The notes beneath the pieces were generated by a model. That model made no database searches. It was given only the letters and a program-made list of their open reading frames with translations, and was not told the DNA's origin. DNA of 20,000 nt from an uncultured virus (IMG/VR IMGVR_UViG_3300022927_000007) (taxonomy: Duplodnaviria; Heunggongvirae; Uroviricota; Caudoviricetes). Positions 1 to 8,733 of this stretch are shown piece by piece (the stretch's first letter is position 1; every line of letters starts with the position of its first letter). A program made the translations under genes and the position numbers. Where the stretch lies: the IMG/VR virus record IMGVR_UViG_3300022927_000007. One strand, given 5' to 3'.

Positions 1-525
1 CAAATTTTCCGCAGATCAATAGGGTCAAGAACAGGCGGTGGCGATGGCGGAACATTGTTCGAACCATTCAATATGGCTTACACAAATACCTATTTGCTAA
101 GTTCTTCTAATATGGGCGGTCTTGCTACGTATGCAATGTTTGCAGGATACCAAGAACTAGTAGGACGCATGTTTGGATCATTCATTGAATTTAAATGGAA
201 TAGATCTAACAAAAAACTTACAATTCTACAACGATCAAGAGCAGAAGAAGAGTTACTACTATATGTGTATAACTATAGACCCGACTTTGAACTGCTAGAC
301 GACTATCTAGCAAGCCAGTGGATTAAAGATTACACACTTGCAAAATGCAAATATATGCTAGGCGAAGCACGTAGTAAATTTGCTACCATTGCAGGACCAC
401 AAGGTGGTAGTAGTCTTAATGGTGATGCCCTTAAAGCAGAAGCCGCTGCCGAGTTAGAAAAGTTAGAAAACGATGTAGCAATGGCTGTACCAGGCGGCAC
501 AGGATACGGATTCACAATCGGCTAA
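1..525 (+). CDS. Neck/head-tail adaptor protein, T4 gp13-like (5'-truncated by window edge)
   Basis: Frame 1 is open from base 1 (QIFRRSIGSRTGGGDGGTLFEPFN...), so the TTG at 55 is internal. The C-terminal WIKDYTLAKCKYMLGEARSKF..GPQGG..LNGDALKAEA resembles the gp13 neck-protein C-terminal motif. It lies near the tail sheath gene. Confidence 0.7.
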   Translation, partial: QIFRRSIGSRTGGGDGGTLFEPFNMAYTNTYLLSSSNMGGLATYAMFAGYQELVGRMFGSFIEFKWNRSNKKLTILQRSRAEEELLLYVYNYRPDFELLDDYLASQWIKDYTLAKCKYMLGEARSKFATIAGPQGGSSLNGDALKAEAAAELEKLENDVAMAVPGGTGYGFTIG

Positions 526-533
526 CATAAAGG

Positions 534-562
534 TTGACACTTTATAAATTATTATGTATAAT
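534..562 (+). promoter_or_regulatory. Consensus sigma70-type (early) promoter for dNMP kinase
   Basis: TTGACA (534-539), 17-nt spacer, TATAAT (557-562). It is intergenic and followed by AAGGA and the ATG at 588. Confidence 0.88.
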
Positions 563-587
563 ATATGTAAATTTGTAAGGATTCGTC

Positions 588-1214
588 ATGATTATAGGTA
601 TTTGTGGATTAATTGGTAGTGGTAAAGGTACCGTTGCTGATATTCTTGTAGAAGAACACAATTTCCAAAAGATTAGTTTCGCAGATAAACTTAAAGATGC
701 TGTATCACTTTTGTTTGATTGGGATAGAGACATGCTTGAAGGCGACACTGCTGAAAGCAGATATTGGCGAGAACAACCGGATAATTTCTGGTCAAAAGAA
801 ACTGGCCGCACAATTACACCTAGATTAGTACTACAAGAATTTGGCACAGATTGTATGAGAAATGGATTCTATGACGGAGTTTGGGTTAGTTTTTTTAAAA
901 AAACAGTATTAGATAATCCTAAAACTAATTTTGTAGTACCAGACTGTCGTTTTGAAAACGAAGCAAGTATGATCAAAGAGCTTGGCGGAAATGTTTGGTG
1001 TGTAAAACGTGGACCTGATCCTTTATGGTTTAGACAATACATTGATTTAGATATACAACCAACAGACGTACATATGTCAGAATGGGCTTGGGCCAAAGTT
1101 CCATTTGATTTTAATATCTATAACGAAGGTACTCTTGACGATCTTAAAAGTCAGGTACAAGGTCGCCTTGCTTCCACCTTACGCCTTGCTTCTGTAGTAC
1201 CCTCTGACAGTTAG
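588..1214 (+). CDS. Deoxynucleoside monophosphate kinase (T4 gp1-like)
   Basis: N-terminal P-loop IIGICGLIGSGKGT, plus FADKLKD, TPRLVLQEFGTDCMR, VVPDCRFENE and H.SE motifs typical of phage dNMP kinases. Confidence 0.9.
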   Translation: MIIGICGLIGSGKGTVADILVEEHNFQKISFADKLKDAVSLLFDWDRDMLEGDTAESRYWREQPDNFWSKETGRTITPRLVLQEFGTDCMRNGFYDGVWVSFFKKTVLDNPKTNFVVPDCRFENEASMIKELGGNVWCVKRGPDPLWFRQYIDLDIQPTDVHMSEWAWAKVPFDFNIYNEGTLDDLKSQVQGRLASTLRLASVVPSDS

Positions 1215-1482
1215 CACATATTGTTTTTAAGTTACTGTGCAACGTGTTAGATAAATCACCATCTATATGGTATACATTAAATTGTTCTTTATGTAGTGAT
1301 TTGAATCCGCATTTTTCGCATTGCTCTTTTTGACGATATCCGTTCTGATACCATTTAGGAATACCCCATTTTTTCTGTCCGTGATGTAAACAAGTATCAC
1401 ACGATTTCCTATAATAAGTTTTACCGTCTTTTTTATAGTTTACGGCCGCCGGCCTGTATCCACATTTACACAAAGGTCTCAT
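1144..1482 (-). CDS. Small Zn-binding HNH-like nuclease-fold protein (112 aa)
   Basis: Cys clusters CKC, CDTC, CEKC and CANC, and the HNH-like segment YHIDGDLSNTLHSNLKTICANCQ. The start is placed at the second Met (1482, MRPLCKCG) because a TAAATA box sits 5 nt upstream, inside the longer 1497 ORF. Confidence 0.75.
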   Translation of the reverse strand: MRPLCKCGYRPAAVNYKKDGKTYYRKSCDTCLHHGQKKWGIPKWYQNGYRQKEQCEKCGFKSLHKEQFNVYHIDGDLSNTLHSNLKTICANCQRVLQKQGVRWKQGDLVPDF

Positions 1483-1487
1483 AATAC

Positions 1488-1495
1488 TATTTACC
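1488..1495 (-). promoter_or_regulatory. T4-type late promoter box for the HNH gene
   Basis: The minus strand reads GGTAAATA-GTATT-ATG. Confidence 0.65.
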
Positions 1496-1550
1496 ATACC
1501 TTTACACCACCTTTTATTCGGTGTTTCTCCATACTTTTTTAATCAAATCA

Positions 1551-1558
1551 TATAAATA
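1551..1558 (+). promoter_or_regulatory. T4-type late promoter (TATAAATA) for tail sheath
   Basis: Exact T4 gp55-dependent consensus in the intergenic region, followed by AGGAG and the ATG at 1598. Confidence 0.8.
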
Positions 1559-1597
1559 CTTTTAACAGTTGTTTTATTTTAACAGGAGAACTACAAA

Positions 1598-4500
1598 ATG
1601 GCATTAATATCACCAGGTGTACAAGTCAGTGTAATCGATGAAAGTTTTTACACACCAGCAGAACCAGGTACTACTCCAATGTTGTTTGTTGCGTCTAAAC
1701 AGGACAAAGCAAACGCGGCAGGAACAGGTACAGCAAGAGGTACAACAAAAGCGAACGCAGGCGTTCCATTCTTAATTACCTCACAAAGAGATTTAGCAGA
1801 TACGTTTGGAGATCCAATCTTTCAAACTGATGCAAACAATAACCCAGTAAACGGTGGGGAACTTAACGAGTATGGTCTACAAGCGGCTTACTCATATTTA
1901 GGAGTTTCAAACAGAGCGTTTGTTGTAAGAGCAGATGTTGACTTAGGTGAACTAGAGCCAAGCGCAAGTGCGCCAGCGGCAGCTCCGGCAAACGGAACAT
2001 ATTGGTTTGATACTTCCCTAACAAAGTACGGAATTTTTGAATGGAATTCAAATGCTGTGACTGTTACTGGTGGACAGTCATTTACAAATAAGATTCCATT
2101 GGTAATTACTTCTAACACTAATCTAGTTGGCGGATCAAATACAGGACTTCCAAAAGCTAGTGTAGGACAAGTAGGCGACTATGCAGTAGTAACAACAACT
2201 ACTACTAACAAAGTATACTACAAGAATTCCTCAGGAACATGGGTTAAAGTAGGAACAGCTGATTGGGTTGCAAGTCATCCAACTATTAAGGGAACAGCAA
2301 CTAACCCAACACTAGTAAATGGTGAAACTATCATTATTAATGGTACAACTACTGCCGTTACTGGCGTAAATGTTACACAAATGGCAGCTGATATTAACGG
2401 CGCAGGCATTACTGGCGTAACAGCTGGAGTTGTCGATAGTAAGCTATACATTTACAGTGATGGTAGTTCTATTACTGACGGTGGAAGTGATGTTGACGGA
2501 GCAATTGAAATTGCCGCAGGTTCATCAGGTACACTACTAGCAGACTTAGGTTTGACAGCTGGAACATATTACGCACCGCAACTAATTATTGCACCGCACA
2601 CTAACGTTCCAGGATTTAAATCATCTGATACACAGCCTAGACCAACAGGTTCAGTTTGGTTTAAAATGACTGAAGCTAATTTAGGTGCTCAGATGAAAGT
2701 TAAAGTTTATAACTCAACAACTAAACTTTGGGCAGACAAAGCGGCTCCTGTGTATAAAACACACCAGGAAGCACTTTACAATTTAGATAAAACAGGCGGC
2801 GGAATTAACCTAGCACTAGGTACAGTTTATGTCCAGTCTCATACTACAGAAGCAGAAAATGAAGAATTAGACTTTACAATTTTTGCTAGATCAACTTCAG
2901 GAGCAACAAAGATTGTTTCAAGTCCTGTTACTGCAAGTAGTCTTACAGCAGGAACATACGGCTTTACAATGGCAGAAAGCGATCCAAACAAAGCAGCCAT
3001 CCAAGGCGGCAAGGCAATTAGCATTACTGTTGCAGGAGCAATTACTGATGCAGATGAAATTGCTGGCGCAATTAATTCAGCAGGATTTGAAAACATTGTA
3101 GCAAGCGTAGATGCTTCTAACAGAGTTGTAATTGAACACAACGATGGAGGCGAAATCCGTATTGCAGATACAAATAGCGCACTAGGCGACATTGGCTTTG
3201 CGGCTTACAACTATTCAACTAAAGCAGGAACAGCAAACTTGTATGCGGCTCCAGCAGGCGATAGTGTTTATGATTTCCATGCTTCAAATTGGAGAATCCT
3301 AACACAAACTGCCGGACCAGATGCACCAACAGCACTAACAACTGATGGAGCATTGTGGTACAATTCAATTGTTGATGAAGTTGACATTATGGTACATAAC
3401 GGTACCATTTGGAAGGGATATGCAAATGTTTATCCAGATGCTGATCCAACAGGACCAATTGTTTCTGCAACTGAACCTACTCAACAGACAGATGGATCAT
3501 CTCCATTAGTAACTGGCGATTTATGGATTAGTACAGCAGATTTAGAGAACTATCCACAAGTACACAAGTACAATGCAGATTTACAAAAATGGATTGCATT
3601 AGACGAAGGTGATCAAACTACAGAAGATGGTATTTTGTTTGCTGATGCACGTTTTGGTACAAGCGGCGGTACAGCTACAGAAGCACCAAGTGGAACTATT
3701 CCTGAACTATTAGTAAGTGATTATCTAGACACAGATGCACCAGATCCTGCATTATATCCAAAAGGTATGTTGCTATGGAATCTACGCAGAAGTGGATTTA
3801 ATGTTAAGAAATTTGTACGTAATTATGTAGATACTACAGCTAAAAACGTTCGTCAAGGTGATGTAAGTATGGCATTGTACTATCCACATCGTTGGGTAAC
3901 AGAGTCAGCTAACCAACCAAATGGTGCAGGTAGCTTTGGACGTAAAGCACAGCGTAAAGTTGTTATCCAAGCACTACAAGCAATGGTTAACAGCAACCAA
4001 GATATCCGCGATGACGAATCAAGACTATTCAACGTTATGGCAACTCCAGGTTATCCAGAACTAATTGGTGAAATGGTAAGCCTAAATTACGATAGAGGTT
4101 TAACAGCATTTATCGTTGGCGATAGTCCAATGAGACTAGCATCCGATGCTACAACACTAAATGACTGGGGTAACAACGTTGCACTAGCAGTTGAAGATAA
4201 CGATGATGGTGCAGTAAGCAGAGACGAATATTTAGGTATGTTCTATCCTAGCTTGTTTACTAGTGATAATGCTGGTAACAACATTATTGTTCCACCAAGT
4301 CACGGTATTATTAGAACACTTGCACTAAGTGATCAAGTTAGCTATCCATGGTTTGCACCAGCAGGTACAAGACGTGGTGGTATTACTAACGCAACAGCCG
4401 CAGGATACATTGATGCAGAAGGCGAATTTAAGTCAATTGCACTAAACGAAGGTCAGCGCGATACACTATATTCACTTAATATTAACCCAATTACATTCCT

Positions 4501-4879
4501 AACAGGAGCAGGACTTGTTAACTACGGTCAAAAGACTCGTGCAAGAAATGCAAGTGCGTTGGATAGAATTAACGTAGCACGTTTAGTAATTTACTTACGT
4601 TCACAACTTAAGAAACTTGCTAAGCCATACATTTTTGAGCCTAACGATAAAATCACACGCGATGAAATCAAGGCGCAAGTAGATAGCTTGATGCTAGAGT
4701 TAGTATCACAAAGAGCATTGTATGACTTCCTAGTTGTATGTGATGAATCTAACAATACTCCAAGTAGAATTGATAGAAATGAATTGTACGTAGACATTGC
4801 TATTGAACCAGTTAAAGCAGTTGAATTTATTTACATTCCGTTAAGACTGAAAAACACTGGTGAAATTTCAGGGCTATAA
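1598..4879 (+). CDS. Contractile tail sheath protein (gp18-like), enlarged
   Basis: N-terminal SPGVQVSVIDES. C-terminal YPWFAPAGTRRG, RDTLYSLNINPI, DRINVARL, FEPNDKITR, VVCDESNNTP.RIDRNELYVDIAIEPVKAVEFIYI. Confidence 0.96.
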   Translation: MALISPGVQVSVIDESFYTPAEPGTTPMLFVASKQDKANAAGTGTARGTTKANAGVPFLITSQRDLADTFGDPIFQTDANNNPVNGGELNEYGLQAAYSYLGVSNRAFVVRADVDLGELEPSASAPAAAPANGTYWFDTSLTKYGIFEWNSNAVTVTGGQSFTNKIPLVITSNTNLVGGSNTGLPKASVGQVGDYAVVTTTTTNKVYYKNSSGTWVKVGTADWVASHPTIKGTATNPTLVNGETIIINGTTTAVTGVNVTQMAADINGAGITGVTAGVVDSKLYIYSDGSSITDGGSDVDGAIEIAAGSSGTLLADLGLTAGTYYAPQLIIAPHTNVPGFKSSDTQPRPTGSVWFKMTEANLGAQMKVKVYNSTTKLWADKAAPVYKTHQEALYNLDKTGGGINLALGTVYVQSHTTEAENEELDFTIFARSTSGATKIVSSPVTASSLTAGTYGFTMAESDPNKAAIQGGKAISITVAGAITDADEIAGAINSAGFENIVASVDASNRVVIEHNDGGEIRIADTNSALGDIGFAAYNYSTKAGTANLYAAPAGDSVYDFHASNWRILTQTAGPDAPTALTTDGALWYNSIVDEVDIMVHNGTIWKGYANVYPDADPTGPIVSATEPTQQTDGSSPLVTGDLWISTADLENYPQVHKYNADLQKWIALDEGDQTTEDGILFADARFGTSGGTATEAPSGTIPELLVSDYLDTDAPDPALYPKGMLLWNLRRSGFNVKKFVRNYVDTTAKNVRQGDVSMALYYPHRWVTESANQPNGAGSFGRKAQRKVVIQALQAMVNSNQDIRDDESRLFNVMATPGYPELIGEMVSLNYDRGLTAFIVGDSPMRLASDATTLNDWGNNVALAVEDNDDGAVSRDEYLGMFYPSLFTSDNAGNNIIVPPSHGIIRTLALSDQVSYPWFAPAGTRRGGITNATAAGYIDAEGEFKSIALNEGQRDTLYSLNINPITFLTGAGLVNYGQKTRARNASALDRINVARLVIYLRSQLKKLAKPYIFEPNDKITRDEIKAQVDSLMLELVSQRALYDFLVVCDESNNTPSRIDRNELYVDIAIEPVKAVEFIYIPLRLKNTGEISGL

Positions 4880-4882
4880 TCG

Positions 4883-4890
4883 GATAAATA
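4883..4890 (+). promoter_or_regulatory. Late promoter box for tail tube
   Basis: GATAAATA directly after the sheath stop, followed by AGGAG (4899-4903) and the ATG at 4910. Confidence 0.65.
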
Positions 4891-4909
4891 AAAGTAACAG
4901 GAGCATATA

Positions 4910-5539
4910 ATGGCAATATCAACACTTTCAAAATTAACAGTACCATTAGATAGTAACGCAAGTGCATCTAATCAGGGACTATTGATGCCCAAATTACAAT
5001 ATCGTTTTAGAGTATCACTAGAAAACTTTGGGGTATCAAGTCCGTCAACCGAACTAACAAAACAAGTTATGGACGTAACAAGACCTAATGTTAGTTTTGA
5101 ACAAATGACAGTTGACATTTACAACTCAAAAGTATTTTTAGCAGGTAAGCATACTTGGGAACCAATTACACTAAACTTGCGTGAAGATGTATCCAACAAT
5201 GTACAAAAACTTGTTGGTGAACAACTTCAGAAACAATTTGACTTCTTTGAGCAGTCAAGTGCGGCAAGTGGTGCAGACTACAAGTTTGTTACTAGAATTG
5301 AAATTTTAGATGGCGGTAACGGAGCGAACGCGGCAAGCGTACTAGAAACATTTGAATTATACGGATGTTATTTAGAAAGCGCAAACTACAATAGCTTAAA
5401 TTATGCAACTTCAGAAGTTGTTACTGTTGCCCTTTCTATACGTTACGATAATGCAATCCAATCACCACAAGGTACTGGTATTGGTACAGCAATTGGACGT
5501 ACAATTAACACTGCTATTACAGGCGGCGGCGCTAGTTAA
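4910..5539 (+). CDS. Tail tube protein (gp19-like)
   Basis: It lies directly after the sheath and is 209 aa. The pattern PKLQYRFRV, AGKHTWEPITL, FELYGCY..SANY..LNY, VALSIRYDNA fits the tail-tube fold. Confidence 0.88.
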   Translation: MAISTLSKLTVPLDSNASASNQGLLMPKLQYRFRVSLENFGVSSPSTELTKQVMDVTRPNVSFEQMTVDIYNSKVFLAGKHTWEPITLNLREDVSNNVQKLVGEQLQKQFDFFEQSSAASGADYKFVTRIEILDGGNGANAASVLETFELYGCYLESANYNSLNYATSEVVTVALSIRYDNAIQSPQGTGIGTAIGRTINTAITGGGAS

Positions 5540-5560
5540 TTTTAAAAAAATAATAAAATT

Positions 5561-5584
5561 AGGGACTTTATTGTCCCTTTTTTT
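5561..5584 (+). terminator. Rho-independent terminator after tail tube
   Basis: AGGGAC-TTTATT-GTCCCT hairpin followed by a T run. Confidence 0.8.
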
Positions 5585-5617
5585 ATGACCGAATTATCTA
5601 CACACTTAATTAAAAAG

Positions 5618-5625
5618 GCTAAATA
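5618..5625 (+). promoter_or_regulatory. Late promoter box, 5 nt before ATG
   Basis: GCTAAATA-TTTGC-ATG immediately downstream of a terminator. Confidence 0.65.
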
Positions 5626-5630
5626 TTTGC

Positions 5631-6818
5631 ATGAGTTTCTTAAACGGTTTTTTAGATAATGTAGCATCGGGTGCTTTAAATCCTAAAGGTAATCTTGCGG
5701 ATTTTGCCCACGCGGCTAGAACGTTTGTTGATGACAATCACAGACTTGCTCCTAAAGTTAAATTTCTTTATCACGTGTCTTTTAGTATTAATCCTCAAGC
5801 GGCAGCAATTATACCTCAGTTTGATCAACGACACAAAGACGAAATTTCTTTGTTAGTAAAAACAGCACAATTACCTGGATTTAATATCCAAACAGATGTA
5901 AAACATCAGTACAATAGAAAAAAAGTAATACAAAAAAGAATTGATTATACTCCTGTAGGAATTACTTTCCATGACGACAATCTTGGTATTTCTACAGCAT
6001 TATGGGAAGCATATTATAGGTATTATTATAGAGATGGCAATTATGCAAAAGTTGGACCTGCCGGAGGAGTTGAGCCATTAAACAGACATTATGATAATAG
6101 TTCATTATTTAACGAAAAGCAATATAGGTATGGATTTGATAACGATAGTTTAACTCCGTTCTTTAATCACATTACAATCTATCAAATGTCAAGGAAGCGT
6201 TATACTGCATTTACATTAGTAAATCCCTTAATAGCATCTTGGACACATGATACAATGGATTACAGTGATCAAGGTACTGGTGTAGAAAGTTCTATGCAGA
6301 TTGAATATGAAACAGTTCACTACAGTAGAGGTCCTGTTAAAAATGGCCAACCAGCAGGATTTGCTATAAACCATTACGATAAAATGCCAAGTCCTAATAG
6401 TTTATCAGGCGGCGGCGCCGCTAGTTTATTGGGAGTAGGAGGCGTACTTGCTGGAGGAATGGGAGTACTTGACGATATTACCGGAGGTAACGTTAGTTTC
6501 GGAACTGTACTTAAAGCCGCGAATGCGATTGGAAACGGAAAATCATTAAATGCAAAAGGTATTGGACAAGAACTACTAGGTAGTGCAGTCGGCGCACTTG
6601 GACGTAGTCAAGGAATTGACGTAAGTGGAGTAGCAGGTGTTTCATTCCCAAGTGGAGGAATAGGACAACTAGGAACATTAGCAACAGCCGCCGCAGTAAG
6701 TTTAGGAGCAAAAGCAACAAGCAGTAGTAATCCATCAGGCGGAATACTTTCAGCGTTTGCAAATAAGACTCGATTACCTAACGCAAAGGCTGGACCAGGA
6801 GATGAATACGATGAGTGA
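5631..6818 (+). CDS. Tail-tube-fold baseplate/tube initiator-like protein (gp48/gp54-like) with Gly-rich C-terminal extension
   Basis: PKVKFLYHV, VKTAQLPGF, IDYTPVGITFHDD and LVNPLIASWTHDTMDYS...MQIEYE parallel the tube-protein pattern. It is adjacent to the tube gene. Confidence 0.6.
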   Translation: MSFLNGFLDNVASGALNPKGNLADFAHAARTFVDDNHRLAPKVKFLYHVSFSINPQAAAIIPQFDQRHKDEISLLVKTAQLPGFNIQTDVKHQYNRKKVIQKRIDYTPVGITFHDDNLGISTALWEAYYRYYYRDGNYAKVGPAGGVEPLNRHYDNSSLFNEKQYRYGFDNDSLTPFFNHITIYQMSRKRYTAFTLVNPLIASWTHDTMDYSDQGTGVESSMQIEYETVHYSRGPVKNGQPAGFAINHYDKMPSPNSLSGGGAASLLGVGGVLAGGMGVLDDITGGNVSFGTVLKAANAIGNGKSLNAKGIGQELLGSAVGALGRSQGIDVSGVAGVSFPSGGIGQLGTLATAAAVSLGAKATSSSNPSGGILSAFANKTRLPNAKAGPGDEYDE

Positions 6819-7197
6819 TACCGGATCAATTAGAGGAAATTTACCTCCTAAGAAGGTAACTGACAGTGCAGATAACACTAAAAAATATTTTAATACATAC
6901 TATGCTAAACAGCTATCATATCCTGCAAACGAAGTAGATGCAGTAATTGGATTTTTAGAACAAAAAGGGTTTGACCCCGCGGCGGCAGCGTCAACTGGCG
7001 CAATACTACTTCAACAAGCAAAACTTGATAACATTAAAGTGTTTGAATTATTAGATACATTATCTGGTTTTGATAAGCTACAGCTAAGTGCTACTGTTGC
7101 TCAAGTATTAAATTTTAATAGAGAAAAAACAAGTTCTATTGGATTTAAAACTGATAATCAATATAATTATCTAGAAGCTAGAAACATTTTAGGTTAG
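6811..7197 (+). CDS. Hypothetical protein, probably virion-associated (128 aa)
   Basis: The start is reassigned to the ATG at 6811: AGGAG at 6797-6801, and an 8-nt overlap with the upstream stop. No recognised motif. Confidence 0.7.
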   Translation: MSDTGSIRGNLPPKKVTDSADNTKKYFNTYYAKQLSYPANEVDAVIGFLEQKGFDPAAAASTGAILLQQAKLDNIKVFELLDTLSGFDKLQLSATVAQVLNFNREKTSSIGFKTDNQYNYLEARNILG

Positions 7198-7201
7198 TGT
7201 T

Positions 7202-7636
7202 ATGGCTAAGTTTGCTCAAGGCAAATATACTCTTAAAAATCCTGAAAAATATGTAGGAGGCAAAACACCAACATATAGAAGTGGATGGGAATTTGCTTTT
7301 ATGAAATTCTGCGACGAAAATCCTAGCATACAAACTTGGGCAAGTGAAGCGATAAAAATACCTTATCGCAATCCATTTACAGGTAAAGCTACTATATACG
7401 TTCCAGACTTTTTTATACAATACAAAACTAAAAAAGGTAAAAATATGGTTGAACTAATCGAAGTTAAACCTGATAATCAAACTATGATGGAAAAGGCAGG
7501 AAACAGTAAACATAATCAAGCACATGCAATATTAAATATGGCAAAATGGGAAGCCGCAAGAGCATATTGTAAATCAAAAGGAATAACATTTAGAGTTATC
7601 ACAGAAAAAGATATGTTCCATCAAGGAAAACGATAA
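7202..7636 (+). CDS. Head completion protein (T4 gp4-like, TnsA-type endonuclease fold)
   Basis: QGKY...NPEKYVG...PTYRSGWE..FM.FCD.NP.I..WASE...IPY, YVPDFFI, LIEVKP and N.AKWEAA..YC match the gp4 family pattern. Confidence 0.9.
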   Translation: MAKFAQGKYTLKNPEKYVGGKTPTYRSGWEFAFMKFCDENPSIQTWASEAIKIPYRNPFTGKATIYVPDFFIQYKTKKGKNMVELIEVKPDNQTMMEKAGNSKHNQAHAILNMAKWEAARAYCKSKGITFRVITEKDMFHQGKR

Positions 7637-7639
7637 ATA
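7632..7639 (+). promoter_or_regulatory. Late promoter box for small terminase, overlapping the gp4 stop
   Basis: GATAAATA with the TAA stop embedded; ATG at 7666. Confidence 0.55.
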
Positions 7640-7665
7640 ATAGTAGCAGTTAATGTGAGTATATA

Positions 7666-8154
7666 ATGACCAAAAAATTAGAAGAACTTCTTGACTTGCC
7701 TGATAGTAAAGAACTAATCAAGCAAGAACAAAAGAAAGAAAAAAAAGAAGTAGTTGAGCAACAAAATAACACGATGCGTGATATCGCAGAGTTTGATAAA
7801 ATTGCTAGTGCATTGCCCGCAGTAAAAGGGCTAGGTGAAATGGCTGATAAAGAGCTTAACGAAATCGCTGACAAAGCAATGGAAGCATATGATGATCTAA
7901 TGGACTTAGGTATGAATGTTGAAAGTCGATATGCTAGTAGAGTATTTGAAGTAGCAGGCGGCATGCTTAAAACATCGCTTGATGCTAAAGTTGCTAAGTT
8001 AGATAAAAAACTAAAAATGATTGACCTGCAACTTAAAAAAGAAAAAATGGACAAAGAAGGCGGAACTGGTGATGACGGCGTTATTTCTGGTGAAGGCTAT
8101 ATTATAACAGATCGTAATAGTTTACTTGAAAAACTTAAGAATATGGATAAATAA
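7666..8154 (+). CDS. Probable terminase small subunit (gp16-like)
   Basis: Helical 162-aa protein. RVFEVAGGMLKTSLDA resembles the gp16 'RAYEV.GQL.KT' helix from memory. It lies two genes upstream of the large terminase. Confidence 0.55.
   Translation: MTKKLEELLDLPDSKELIKQEQKKEKKEVVEQQNNTMRDIAEFDKIASALPAVKGLGEMADKELNEIADKAMEAYDDLMDLGMNVESRYASRVFEVAGGMLKTSLDAKVAKLDKKLKMIDLQLKKEKMDKEGGTGDDGVISGEGYIITDRNSLLEKLKNMDK
8146..8153 (+). promoter_or_regulatory. Late promoter box
   Basis: GATAAATA overlapping the upstream gene end, followed by AAGGA and the ATG at 8172. Confidence 0.55.
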
Positions 8155-8171
8155 TTTATAAGGACGGAAAC

Positions 8172-8732
8172 ATGTTTGAAAAATATCTAGCAGAAGCAAA
8201 AAAGATTTACGAGTTTAAAGTTGGAGTTGCAGGAGAATTACCTGACGGGTTTGCCGATTCAATTGAGACCGCGTTAAAGCGTTACAGTGTAGCGTCAATG
8301 AGCGCCGGAAAGAAAACACCAATTCAAGAACGTCCGCTAGATTTTCCACAGTTATCTAATTGTGAAGTTACATATTACGAAGTTGCATTAAACTATCCTA
8401 CTACACCACAGGTATTAGAGGAATACATTCCAATGTGTTGCGGTATTGACAGAGCTAATGTAATTGTACGTAATGTAAACGACCCAATTGACAGCTATCA
8501 AGAAACAGGCGATGGTAGTCCATATGTATCTAAACTAGAAACATTAGAAATGGAACAAGCCGATCCAAAGGCACAAAATACTGTTGGTACAAACAGAGTA
8601 ATGGATTTACTCAAAGAACTAGAAACTGCAAGAAAGGAACAAGAATATGATCCTATTGCAGAAGTAAAATCAGGAAATCAAAAAGATATTAGTGATAAAG
8701 AAAATTCAGTGTCACCGATAGGGAGCAAATAA
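8172..8732 (+). CDS. Hypothetical late protein, possible head-internal/prohead protein
   Basis: 186-aa ORF with RBS. The N-terminus MFEKYLAE resembles T4 capsid-targeting sequences. Function not otherwise recognised. Confidence 0.7.
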   Translation: MFEKYLAEAKKIYEFKVGVAGELPDGFADSIETALKRYSVASMSAGKKTPIQERPLDFPQLSNCEVTYYEVALNYPTTPQVLEEYIPMCCGIDRANVIVRNVNDPIDSYQETGDGSPYVSKLETLEMEQADPKAQNTVGTNRVMDLLKELETARKEQEYDPIAEVKSGNQKDISDKENSVSPIGSK

Positions 8733-8733
8733 T

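Noticed and set aside
1494..1534. ACACC/GGTGT inverted repeat and CCATAC direct repeat between the divergent late promoters
   Set aside because: Only 5-6 nt matches, not distinguishable from chance without comparative data.
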